Below are positions 37,990-50,837 of a stretch of DNA of 64,000 bases, piece after piece (the first letter of the stretch is position 1; every line of letters begins with the position of its first letter). This DNA is from Lytechinus pictus. Taxonomy: Eukaryota. The notes beneath the pieces were generated by a model. That model was not told the origin of the DNA, did no database searches, and was given only the letters and a program-made list of their open reading frames with translations. The DNA lies in the NCBI RefSeq assembly GCF_037042905.1, contig NW_026974151.1:248001-312000 (forward strand). Direction: 5' to 3'. The position numbers and the translations under genes were made by a program.

Positions 37990-38800
37990 TCCAGTCCAGC
38001 ATAAATGACTTTACCATCATTTCTTTAGAATAGCTACCAGAACATACTAAAAGTTTGAGAAAATTAGAGGGAATTAAAGCCGTAAAATTTGCATGATATG
38101 CAAATTAGCATCTTCCGTATGAGAAAATTCTTTTCCCTATAGATTTCCATGAAAGTGCCACATGAAAACAATGATGATTATATTCATGTTTCCATTGACC
38201 ACATTTTTAGCTTTATAACATGAAAAGTATTTGCCCAATATTCAAATTAACATCAGCGAACAAAGGAAATTCATATTTTTCATATATTTGCATATGTATA
38301 CCATATTGAAATAATTCAAGTGTAAAAAAAATATGCGAATAAACATGATGGGAACATTTTGAGATATTCAAATAAGCTTCCTTCATTGAAATTCTTATTT
38401 TCTCTGTAAAATTGCATTTATTATTTGATTAGAACAAATAATTCGTCTTATCTAATGTTTTGATTCATTTTTTGGGGTTGAATATGCAAATAGGCTTCCA
38501 GCAATAGAAATGAACAAATTCATATTTTCATCATAATTTGGATTATTATCTTTGATTTGGATCTCAGTTACCTATTAAATGTGTTAAAGCCAGTGTATTC
38601 AATGTCTGTGAAAATGATAGACATATTTTCGAACCAATAGTGTGATCCTTATTTGCATATTATGCAAATTTTACTGCTTTCCACTACTTCGATTTTCCTA
38701 AACTTTTATAGTATGTTGTTCTGGTAGCTATTTTAAGTAAATGGTGGTGAAATCGTTTCGGTTGCGATTTGTTTTGGGTTATTTCATATTTTGACTAGAC
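37990..38800. mobile_element. Degenerate inverted-repeat MITE
   Basis: AATAGCTACCAGAACATACTAAAAGTTT...GTAAAATTTGCATGATATGCAAAT mirrored by ATTTGCATATTATGCAAATTTTAC...AAACTTTTATAGTATGTTGTTCTGGTAGCTATT. Confidence 0.6.
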
Positions 38801-40826
38801 CAATATGAATTGAGGTATATGCAAATAATTTAGTTTTTGTTGAGCCACCGAGGTGGATCGAAACTAAGGGATCCTTGGCGGCGTCCGTCCGTCCGTTATT
38901 TGGGGATCAAAGGTCAAATGAGGTCTTGAATAACTGCAACCATTTTTTTTCTCTCTCTCTATTCATACAAGTAAGCTATTCTTGGTATTTCACTATTAAT
39001 CAGAATCAATTTACTAGAATGATTGCGAGACACATGGCTATTGCCTTGTTCTGTTTCCAAAACCGAAAAAAGAAAACCTAGAATATTGATTTTAAAAGAT
39101 TGTCTGTATTGTGAATAACAGTAGAAAAATTGTTGTTGGTAACTTGTTAACTATGCTTGAAATTGTCAGGAATACAAGTTGAAAACAGGAAATTGGAAAA
39201 CAAACCATTATTTTGGGTATAATAACTTTTTTTCTCAGTGTGCATTGTCGCAGTCATTGTTATTAAATCTTATGACCACAATATGAGCATGGTCTTATTT
39301 AATTCACCGATCTCAGGCAGGGTAGGTTCAACTGCCTAATTCCCTTCCAGTGTACAGTCTGTGCAAAGTGGGTTTTCAACATAGCCTATACATGTACGTG
39401 ATGGTCAGTTATAACAGCCTATAAACGTTCTTGATGGTCAGTGATAAAAGCAACCAACAAAAATGTATAAGTGTGCTTAATTTTCTAGTTTGCAGAAGCG
39501 TTATTCTGTATGTGGATGTTTAATTCTCTATTTTGCAAAAAAAGAAAAAGAAAGAAGAATATTCCAATACATGTATGGGTCACTTTCGACAGAGGTCAAA
39601 AGGTCATTGAACTTTCCATGAAAAGCATTGCTGCTTTAAAATGCTTTAAAATGTTAAAGTGTTCCGTCTTTTTGCAGTGTTGTATTAGAAATGGTAACTG
39701 TTTTGCCTCTGTATACTTATTCGTAATATTTCTGCCAATGTATACTAGTAAATCTAAACATGTGTCTGGTTACTTCTTTAGGTCTCTATTTACCATGATA
39801 TTTCATGTATATACATTGTACAATTTTTCAAGCTATTCATCTCTTTAAAGCTCAATTCAAGTTTTGGGAAACAGAATTTTTTTTTTTGTATTTTGCTTCC
39901 ATTTTACAATAATATGGAAGATTTTCTCAATAAACCCCAGTGAACAAAAGGATTTGCCACCAAATATATTCTAAGACTGAATTTGATCAGCAATAGCACT
40001 GAGAAATCATTTCGATCTGGGCCAGTGCCTTTTACTACTTAGCGCTGACCACACGCAAAACAAATGATCGAGCTGCATGCCCGCTATTTGCACCGGACCG
40101 CAGTGATTTGCCTTGCCCACAGCACTGGCTGAATAGCTTACCAATAGTAGCCTCGGTTTCATCAAACCCATCAGATATTAACACTAAATTCGTTGGCAAT
40201 CATGCATAGACCATAACAATATTTGGCACAGGTATATTTATATATAAATGGAATAATATGAGGACATATATGATAGAATTAGAAACTAGAATTGAGCTTT
40301 AACCCTTATCTGACTTGGGGAGGAGGGTCATTTTGACCCCCCCCCCCCCGTACAAAATCCACGACTGTCGTAATGTCTCGCATTTTTTAAGACCAAGTTT
40401 GCCAAAGATATGTTGTGCAAATTGTGTATTTTTCATTTATAAACGTTTTGTTATGTATATTTTTGAGCTTCAATGATATTAATAAATCAAACTTACCAAA
40501 CTTTGATTTTGGAGTGTTCAGTATTCAATTTCATTGCTTCAGCATATCTAGAATGGAGATACTTTGATTTAAATCTCTATGAGGATTTTAAAAAAAGAAG
40601 TCCCGAAAAGGATTGTTTTTCAATCTTTATCAGGGTTAATTTTAATCTAGAAAGATTTATAATTTAAATCTTTTGAACTTATTTTTTAATCCTTTACAGA
40701 TTAAAACTTTTTAATCCTAGCGAAGAGTAATTATCAATCCACATCGATTGGTCCCTACCTACAGTACATGAAAGATTTAAAAATAAATCCTATAGATTTA
40801 AATTTAAATCCCTGTAATTTAGAGTG

Positions 40827-43800
40827 TATAGTGAATTTTTCAAGTCCAGAAAATGACTGTTATCACCCCGATGAAACCGACATTTTACCGAGTTACAACA
40901 GGGTGATGAGGGGTAATATGGGTAATGTTGAATGGTTTCGATTGGTTATAACATTGCGAACTTTAGTAATAACAGTAATCTTACAGCAATCCTATAGTGA
41001 ATTTTTCAAGTCCAAAAAATTACTGTTATCACCCCGATGAAACCGACATTTTACCGAGTTACAACAGGGTGATGAGGAATAATATGGGTAATGTTGAATG
41101 GTTTCAATTGGTTATAACATTGCGCATTGGAGTAATAACAGTAATCTTACAACAATCCCAGGGAATTTTTCAAGTCCAAAAAATTAATGTTATCACCCCG
41201 ATGAAACCGACATTTTACCGAGTTACAACAGGGTGATGAGGGGTAATATGGGTAATGTTGAATGGCTTCGATTGGTTATAACATTTGCAAACTTGAGTAA
41301 TAACAGCAATCTTACAGCAATCCCAGCGAATTTTTCAAGTCCAAAAAATTACTGTTATCACCCCGATGAAACCGACATTTTACCGAGTTACAACAGGGTG
41401 ATGAGGGGATATGGGTAATGTTGAATGGTTTTGATTGGTTATAACATTGTGAAATTGAGTAATAACAGTAATCTTAGAGCAATCCTATAGTGAATTTTTC
41501 AAGTCCTAAAAATTACTGTTATCACCCCGATGAAACCGACATTTTACCGAGTTACAACTGGGTGATGAGGAGTAATATGGGTAATGTTGAATGGTTTCAA
41601 TTGGTTATAACATTGCGAATTGGAGTAATAACAGTAATCTTACAACAATCCCAGGGAATTTTTCAAGTCCAAAAAATTACCGTTATCACCCCGATGAAAC
41701 CGACATTTTACCGAGTTACAACAGGGTGATGAGGGGTAATATGGGTAATGTTGAATGGCTTCGATTGGTTATAACATTTGCAAACTTGAGTAATAACAGC
41801 AATCTTACAGCAATCCCAGCGAATTTTTCAAGTCCAAAAAATTACTGTTATCACCCCGATGAAACCGACATTTTACCGAGTTACAACAGGGTGATGAGGG
41901 GATATGGGTAATGTTGAATGGTTTTGATTGGTTATAACATTGTGAAATTGAGTAATAACAGTAATCTTAGAGCAATCCTATAGTGAATTTTTCAAGTTCA
42001 GAAAATGACTGTTATCACCCCGATGAAACCGACATTTTACCGAGTTACAACAGGGTGATGAGGAGTAATATGGGTAATGTTGAATGGTTTCAATTGGTTA
42101 TAACATTGCGAATTGGAGTAATAACAGTAATCTTACAACAATCCCAGGGAATTTTTAAAGTCCAAAAAATTACCGTTATCACCCCCGATGAAACCGACAT
42201 TTTACCGAGTTACAACAGGGTGATGACGGGTAATATGGGTAATGTTGAATGGCTTCGATTCGGGTATAACATTTGCAAACTTGAGTAATAACAGTAATCC
42301 CAACTATTTAAAAAAAAAACTGTTATCACCCTCATGAAACCGACATTTTACCGAGTTACAACAGGGTGATGAGGGGTAATATGGGTAATGTTGAACGGCT
42401 CTGATTGGTTATAACATTGCGAACTTGAGTAATAACAGTAATCTTAGAGCAATCCCAGTGAATTTTTCAAGTCCAAAAAATTACTGTTATCACCCCGATG
42501 AACCCGACATTTTACCGAGTTACAACAGGGTGATGAGGGGTAATATGGGTAATGTTGAACGGCTCTGATTGGTTATAACATTGCGAACTTGAGTAATAAC
42601 AGTAATCTTACAGCAATCCCAGTGAATTTTACAAGTACAAAAAAATTACTGTTATCACCCCGATGAAACCGACATTTTACCGAGTTACAACAGGGTGATG
42701 AGGGGTAATATGGGTAATGTTGAATGGTTTCGATTGGTTATAACATTGCGAACTTGAGTAATAACAGTAATCTTACAGCAATCACAGTGAATTTTTCAAG
42801 TCCAAAAAATTACTGTTATCACCCCGATGAAACCGACATTTTACCGAGTTACAACAGGGTGATGAGGGGTAATATGGGTAATGTTGAATGGCTTCGATTG
42901 GTTATAACATTTGCAAACTTGCATTTATACAGCAATCCCAGATGAATTTTTCAAGTCCAAAAAGTTATACTGTTATCACCCCGATGAAACCGACATTTTA
43001 CCGAGTTACAACAGGGTGATGAGGGGTAATATGGGTAATGTTGAATGGTTTCGATTGGTTATAACATTGCGAACTTGAGTAATAACAGTAATCTTACAGC
43101 AATCCCAGTGAATTTTTCAAGTCCAAAAAATTACTGTTATCACCCCGATGAAACCGACATTTTACCGAGTTACAACAGGGTGATGAGGGGGTAATATGGG
43201 TAATGTTGAATGGTTTCGATTGGTTATAACATTGTGAGCTTGAGTAATAACAGTAATCTTACAGCAATCCCAGTGAATTTTTCAAGTCCTAAAAATTACT
43301 GTTATCACCCCGACGAAACCGATATTTTACCGAGTTACAACAGGGTGATGAGGGGTAATATGGGTAATGTTGAATGGTTTCAATTGGTTATAACATTGCG
43401 AATTGGAGTAATAACAGTAATCTTACAACAATCCCAGGGAATTTTTCAAGTCCAAAAAATTACCGTTATCACCCCGATGAAACCGACATTTTACCGAGTT
43501 ACAACAGGGTGATGAGGGGTAATATTGGTAATGTTGAATGGTTTCGATTGGTTATAACATTGCGAATTGGAGTAATAACAGTAAACTTACAACAATCCCA
43601 GTGAATTTTTCAAGTCCAAAAAGTTACTGTTATCACCCCGATGAAACCGACATTTTACCAAGTTACAACAGGGTGATGAGGGGTAATATGGGTAATGTTG
43701 AATGGCTTCGATTGGTTATAACATTTGCAAACTTGCATTTATACAGCAATCCCAGATGAATTTTTCAAGTCCAAAAAGTTATACTGTTATCACCCCGATG

Positions 43801-45061
43801 AAACCGACATTTTACCGAGTTACAACAGGGTGATGAGGGGTAATATGGGTAATGTTCAATGGTTTCGATTGGTTATAACATTGCGAACTTGAGTAATAAC
43901 AGTAATCTTACAGCAATCCCAGTGAATTTTTCAAGTCCAAAAAATTACTGTTATCACCCCGATGAAACCGACATTTTACCGAGTTACAACAGGGTGATGA
44001 GGGGTAATATGGGTAATGTTGAATGGCTTCGATTGGTTATAACATTTGCAAACTTGCATTTATACAGCAATCCCAGATGAATTTTTCAAGTCCAAAAAGT
44101 TATACTGTTATCACCCCGATGAAACCGACATTTTACCGAGTTACAACAGGGTGATGAGGGGTAATATGGGTAATGTTGAATGGTTTCGATTGGTTATAAC
44201 ATTGCGAACTTGAGTAATAACAGTAATCTTACAGCAATCCCAGTGAATTTTTCAAGTCCTAAAAATTACTGTTATCACCCCGACGAAACCGATATTTTAC
44301 CGAGTTACAACAGGGTGATGAGGGGTAATATGGGTAATGTTGAATGGTTTCGATTGGTTATAACATTTGCAAACTTGAGTATACAGCAATCCCAGATGAA
44401 TTTTTCAAGTCCAAAAAATTATACTGTTATCACCCCGATGAAACCGACATTTTACCGAGTTACAACAGGGTGATGAGGGGTAATATGCAATGTTGAATGG
44501 TTTCGATTGGTTATAACATTGCGAACTTGAGTAATAACAGTAATCTTACAGCAATCCCAGTGAATTTTTCAAGTCCAAAAAATTACTGTTATCACCCCGA
44601 TGAAACCGACATTTTACCGAGTTACAACAGGGTGATGAGGGGTAATATGGTTAATGTTGAATGGTTTCGATTGGTTATAACATTGCGAACTTGAGTAATA
44701 ACAGTAAACTTACAACAATCCCAGTTAATTTTTCAAGTCCAAAAAGTTACTGTTATCACCCCGATGAAACCGACATTTTACCGAGTTACAACAGGGTGAT
44801 GAGGGGTAATATGGGTAATGTTGGATGGATTTGATTAGTTATAACATTGTGAGCTTGAGTAATAACAGTAATCCCAGCGAAATGTTCCAAGTCAAACATA
44901 TATTACTCTCATCACCCTGATGAAACCGACATTTTACCGAGTTACAACAGGGTGATGAGGGGTAATATGGGTAATGTTGGATGGCTTCGATTGGTTATAA
45001 CCCGGGGTAATACCATTGCAAACTTGAGTAATAACAGTAATCTCTCACAGCAATCGCAGTG
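40827..45061 (+). repeat. 164-bp tandem array, right block (~26 monomers), ending ...CAGCAATCGCAGTG
   Basis: Same monomer as 17441-19622, resuming in register after the TIR of element B. Confidence 0.95.
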
Positions 45062-45245
45062 TAGCAACTCTGCTACGCTTTCGTTTTTGGTTCATTCAAA
45101 AATAAATTCATTATTCAATTCTCAGCAAAATTTTCCCCATTATTATCATTCACTGGAAAGTTCCATGCTCAAAGTTTGTTAACCTTAAATTCTGGTTTAG
45201 ACCGGTTCACGGTCATGTCTAGACAGTTGCAATAATTTCAATAGC

Positions 45246-47324
45246 CAGCGGGGTATCTAGGGAAAACGGCGCCAGGGGCAAGCGCGAAAATTGCGCCCCT
45301 AATATCTGAAAAAGTGTTTAATCCCAACCCCATCCTCATCCCGGTAGCCTTACTTTTAAACAAACAGTCCACATAATCAAGTACTCGAATTAATTCTTTA
45401 GAGGCGATTTAAGTGTAAATTTAAATTTGTACGAAATTTAGCGAGCGAGCGTAGCGAGCGAGCCGAAAATTGCTATTTTCAGCTTAGCCTAAACATGAAA
45501 TTCTTGTCAAATTTAGGTTATTAAATCTTACACGTCTAAAAAAGATACAGTGACAACTGTATAGTGTTACGATACTGCAACAAATAACAAGGAAGATTTT
45601 AGTTGAATTTCCTTTTATATAGGAAATACAAATATATTTACAAATTATGTACTTAAACAAAATTAAAACAAAATATCTTACAACAATCTCTTGAAGTCAG
45701 TTCTGGTGTAATTCCAAATGTATGATCCAAATAATAGTGTCCCAGTTGGCTGGCGAAAACTCTGTTTACAAAGATGGCGATGATGAAACTGATGTTGAAG
45801 CACGATGAATAATGAGAGTCACTGTAACGAGTTGAAATGTCCGTGAAGACGATGTTGACGATGATTAACAGTCAATTTCAGGGTTGAAAAGCGTTCATTA
45901 ATCAGGTTGATGATCTCGATGAGAACTGAGAATTCCTCTCTCAAAATAACTGCAAACAGTTCATTGATGGCGGGTAAATAATTCCACAGAAGATAAATAT
46001 TCAATGTGGAAATAAACTCTGCTCTGACATAAAGTCTGGCGCGAAACTCTGAGTTCTGATCTGATGTGATGAAGTGATCTAATATGATGTGATGTGATGA
46101 TGTCCTTGAAGAAACCACCAGTTATATTTATATACACATTTCAGTTATTCTAGATCATTCACTAATCTAGAAGTTTCTATATAGTATTCACTATTATGGA
46201 ACATTCTAGTATTGTCTTTACAAAACATTTTCCTTTCTTTCTGGAAAATTCTACATTTCTAAAACATTCTTAAATGACCTCAGTGAAATGTCAGCAGTGT
46301 CAACAAAATAGCTAAGCCTATTGTTATTTCCACTACCAATACAAGTCTATTGTAAATTAATCTCTATTCAGTCTGTATTGTCTCTCTTGGGACATTCAAG
46401 GGATAACAAAGAGTATTCAAAGATTAGTCATGTGTAACACAGCTGTACTATAGATCTTTCTGGAACATTCTTAATCATTCCAAAATATCCTTAAAGAGGA
46501 AATAACTAAATAAATGAATGTAATTGCTCGTACAATTCTTCTTATATGTAACAATAGACAAAGATTTATACCAACAGACTGTGGACTTGAAAAGGTATTC
46601 GAGGGGTTGGCACCCTATTTTAATCGGACCGGCGTTTGATTCAGATGAACGAAAGAAATTCCTGCCGGCTGCGCCGTGTGACATCTTGCTTGTATCTTGT
46701 ATAAAATGACATATGTGAACAATAATAAGAATTGTCATTTTTGTCAGCGTCATCGTTATGTTTTGTTTTCATCTTGTTTGATTTGTTTTCGGCGCCCCCC
46801 CCCCCCCCCCAATAAAAAGATGAGACATACGGGCAAGTTTTTTTTTTTATTTGCTTTCTTCTTTTTGAATGTGCAACAATAAAACTATGATCAACGATAA
46901 ACAATGTATTTTTTCATTCTTGTCCATGTCATAATTTTTCATCATTTGTAACATTGGGTTTTCTGCGCCCCCCCCCCCCCCCCCGCCTGTATGTTCGAAG
47001 CCGTTGGCGACATCTTTTGATCGGATCGGTGATTCAGAAAGAAAGAAATTGTTGCCGCTGCGCTGTATAACGTATTAAGTTTTCTTTTTTAAAAATAAAA
47101 ATGCGTGACATTCAATGAATATTGCAATATTTGCCCATGTCATCATCATGTTTTCTCATTATTATTGCCAACCACCCCCCCCCCCCCTTCCCCAATCCGG
47201 GAAAATACAATCTGGTCGACGTTTTTTTTTTTTTTTTTTTTCCTTTTCGTTTTTGGCGCCCCCAAGGAGTGGCGCCCGGGGCACGTGCCCCCCTTGCCCC
47301 CCCCCCCCCCTAGATACGCCACTG
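45246..47324. mobile_element. hAT-like non-autonomous element containing a solo LTR
   Basis: CAGCGGGGTATCTAG...CTAGATACGCCACTG, with 8-bp TSD TCAATAGC/TCAATAGA (7 of 8 match) and GCGCCCC subterminal motifs. Confidence 0.82.
45565..46553 (-). mobile_element. Solo LTR (989 bp), Gypsy-type 4-bp TSD
   Basis: ATAG|TGTTAC...GTAACA|ATAG. TATATAAA on the - strand near 46130. No internal coding region. Confidence 0.82.
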
Positions 47325-47369
47325 TCAATAGAACACACGCTACTTTTAGTTATTCATGCTTTTAGCAAT

Positions 47370-47680
47370 AAGCCAATCAGTGTAGTTTTTAAAGCGTATT
47401 CATGTTATGCGCATAAGTTCCACCAATCGTGATCCGAATTTTATTACACGTCATGCGACATTTTCGCGCCATTGGATCACTCCCGCATACCTTCGGTCGC
47501 GTCGAGCAACATCTCCGGCCAGCTAGCTAGCTAGGGGGTAGCTCCCGACATCATACCGCGGTCGAGTCGACGCATTTTCTGTGCCACCACTCGGGGCCTG
47601 CTCTCTGTTAGTTTTTACCCTGCTGATTTCATCGTGCGAATGCATCGAGGACTGATCGTCTTTCCCCCAACTTATCTAAG
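47370..47680 (+). promoter_or_regulatory. Putative promoter and non-coding first exon of element C
   Basis: CCAATC at ~47373 and ~47423, ATTGG at 47471, CpG-rich island, consensus donor AAG|GTAAGA at 47680/47681. Acceptor TTTTTAG|G at 51799/51800. Confidence 0.55.
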
Positions 47681-50513
47681 GTAAGAACATTGTGATTTCC
47701 ACATTCGTAAGTACATGTACTAATTAAGTGTAATTAATTTGGGCAATTTTTTGGATGCTTGGCATGTCACATACCTAGATCTATGTCACGTAGCCGTAGG
47801 CCTGACGTTAGGCCTAGATTCTAGGCTACAAAAAGGCATCTGCATCGATCGACTGCGTGCTGTGAAGCGAGCCAGCTAGCTAGTGCATGCCATATGTGCA
47901 TGCATGCACCATATAGGCTAAATTGGCCAAATTGATATCGCTTTCAAGAAAATAAAAAAAATCGATCTTATCCGTCAACATCCTTGCAGACATAAATTAT
48001 TACTTTGCTATTTTGAAAATATACATGTATGAACTACTTCCCTGCACAAAGATTTCTCAGGGAAAACTGCATTTCATTGACATTGCCGCATCCCTAGTTT
48101 ATTATAATATGGTGACAATTTGCATTTAGGCCTAGGCCTAGGCCTACGAATGTTGGACCCGGGACCGGGTGTTGGACTGCTCTGGGGAGCATAACTAGGT
48201 CTATAAAACGTCTGGCTGCTATAGCACTGAAATAAATAACGTCAACACAAATCCATGAGTAATCTAGTCAGACTTTCAAGCATCAAATCATTTTACAAAA
48301 TTCACTGGAATGGAATTTACTCAAAATTTACACCGGATCCGAGATATAAAAAATTGTAAAACACAATTTCTACTCGCCAAAGGTGCTGGAAATTAAAGAA
48401 AAAATTTGCAAGTGACGGGTCCCCTGAGGCTGGACTGAGCCTGAGGACTAGCCTTGTCTCTTCATTGTGTATTGTGTTGTCGTGGGTGCCGAGTCTCCAT
48501 GACCATGAATGCTGTGCCCCTTGTTAGTAGGCCTAGGCCTACCCCAGGTTTGTACACATGATGCAGTGCATCCTATGGCGAGGTCAAATACACAGTCTGT
48601 TAAGTGTTAGGCCTAGACTCTATGTGTAGATCTGTAGGCCTAGACTGGGCCTACTTCAGGCCCTCGGGGGGGGGGTATAAACGCTTGGTCTAAGACTAAG
48701 GCCAGTCTTGGACTTGGTCTAATTTCCAGATAGGTTACCTTCATTCAGCCTTTAGGCTAAACCCTTTTGGCCCAGGTATTATTCATTTTGTCTAATTTGC
48801 GCATGGTCTATGGCCTTAGGCAAGAATTAAGATCACTTGGTCTAATCACCAATAGTACATTCCATCTTTGTTTTTTGTCACTGTAGCCGTGTAGGCCTAA
48901 TTGGTGTAGAGCTACTACCGGTTCGTCTAATGTCAGTTTGTCTAATTCCTGCAGTAAGTTTGAAACTAAAACTTTGGTCTAGGCCTACAGCCTAACAGTT
49001 AGGCCTAGGCCTACAGGCATTTCATCTAGGGCCTACACTGTATTCCACTTGGTCTCATTGGTTAGACTGTTTGGTCTAAATCATGGCATTTATATGGTCT
49101 AATGTGCTGTTATTATTGCCATGGTAACCTTTTTTTAAATGAAATAGTAAAGATTTCTTGGCGCTGTAGTGGCTTTTGTTCTTGTCTGATCATCTTGTGC
49201 TTTGGCATGAAGGTGCAGTATTATAAAAGGAAAAAGCCTATCGTTTTTTAGTGTGGGTGAAGTTATCGTTGCCATGGTAACCATGTATATATAAGAAATA
49301 ATTAAGATTTATTGTGAGCACTGTAGTGGCTGTTGTACGATCATCTTCTACTTTGGCATGAAGGTGCATGATGGTCAGACTCTGACTATGGTTTTTGGTG
49401 TGGGTGGAGTCCCCGTTGCCATGGTAACCATATTATTTAAAGGAGTGATGATTTTCTAGGAAATTGCCATTCTACACAGCATTTCAATAAATTTTTTTTA
49501 ATCGAAATGGGGGATGGGTCGCGGGTTCGGGGGATACATGTACTCGGACAGGTCCCCTTTGAAAGGACATTTCCATACATGAGAAGTTCAAAATTTTGGG
49601 TGAAATGGCATCATTTCAAACTAAAAAGAGGGGACATCGATCGAGATGGAGGCATTGTGGCAAATAGAGGAGGAATTGCGCGCGGCAAATCGCCTCATGC
49701 TGGCCGGATAATTTGAGGCCTGGTACTCAAAAATAAAAAATAATAATAATAAATAAGGAAAGAAGAAGGCGGGCGGTGACGACATTCGGTAACTATGGGC
49801 TTCACAGCCAGAAAAAAAAAAAAACCGGTTCCCAACTATTACAAGAACACCAAGGATTATGAAAATAACAAAGCTGCACAAGCAATGTTACCAATTATGG
49901 AAGATTAACTTATGTTTCAAACAAGCAGGCAAGGGAAACTAAAGTGAAAACTCCAGTGTGTGCTTCTTTCATGCATAATTGTTACAGTGATAGATATAAA
50001 TTCAGTTTATTGGCTCGATCACCGAGATTGATTAAAATTATTTTTAGCGCCATCTACAGGGCTTCTAATTTGCTGTGAGGAAATGGCACCACTTTTGATT
50101 TTCAGTGGATGAAATCTGTTTGATTTGAAGACATCCTTTGTCATACATGTATGCATATATGCTAAATGCTTGTAAGAAGGCAGAAAGGAGATATGTACAT
50201 GGGACACAATGTAATGAAAGTTGTATGCTGTAATGATGAAATACTCTATGATTAATTTGATAAGCACATAAGTCACTGTACATTACATAATTGATACAAC
50301 GCTTACTGGTAGTGAAGACAGTGTCGGTATGCATACCAAATGTCATTGTTATGTAATGTTAATTGTAGCACGCGAGTGAAACGTATGCATGAATGTAAAC
50401 AATGATTTGCCTAGTTTGAGTTAATGGACAAGGATGGGTAATTTGAGTGCATAATATGAGAAAGTTGGCACCTACATGTAATTTGGAACCGCTGTTGATA
50501 TAAGGTTAGGTTA

Positions 50514-50837
50514 CTGTATACGCCATATATTTCGCGGGGGTTTTATTTTCGCGAATTTCGCGAATTATTGAAGGGTCGCGAATTTAACATCACGCTTAAA
50601 TATTGTCATTATATACAATGGAATAATGTTTGCCAGAAAGCCCAGAATTATAATAAATCAAAGACAATAACAATGAAAACTACTGGTATTTGGTAAGTTT
50701 AAATTCGTCAGAAATGTGAATTTGATGGTGGTCAAATTGAGAATCTCCCGATCGCGAATTTAACAACTCGCGAAACAGACTGGCATCGATGTCCCATTCG
50801 GGAAAATTTATGTGCGCGAAATATATGGCGTATACAG
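50514..50837. mobile_element. TA-flanked pogo/Tc1-like MITE
   Basis: TA|CTGTATACGCCATATATTTCGCG...CGCGAAATATATGGCGTATACAG|TA, a 23-bp perfect TIR. Confidence 0.85.

Larger units (their letters stand above)
19623..40826 (+). mobile_element. Full-length CACTA/EnSpm-type DNA transposon B (21,204 bp including nested insertions)
   Basis: TIR CACTCTAAATTACAGGGATTTAAA is perfect over 24 bp at both ends. TA TSD: GCAATCC-TA|element|TA-TAGTG, against empty-site monomer GCAATCCTATAGTG. GATT..AATC subterminal motifs at both ends. Encodes a transposase and an accessory gene. Confidence 0.95.

Noticed and set aside
17441-45061. Regular repeats as a CRISPR array, or the repeated MNFSSPKNYCYHPDETDILPSY ORFs as a protein family
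   Set aside because: Whole monomers repeat with no unique spacers and no cas genes. The 164-bp unit is not a multiple of three, so the ORFs shift frame in every unit.
45062-45100. Possible continuation of the L2 LINE 5' region beyond the array (minus strand MNQKRKRSRVA, preceding GSNASFQL at 17440)
   Set aside because: The junction is out of frame, no TSD is visible, a stop lies immediately upstream, and CAGAGTTGCYA is a common repeat word here. Unresolved without a LINE consensus.
46475-47432. Short ORFs with poly-Pro/Gly/Phe/Lys runs (also at 4809, 8214, 33678)
   Set aside because: They come from C/G/T homopolymers inside MITEs and introns.
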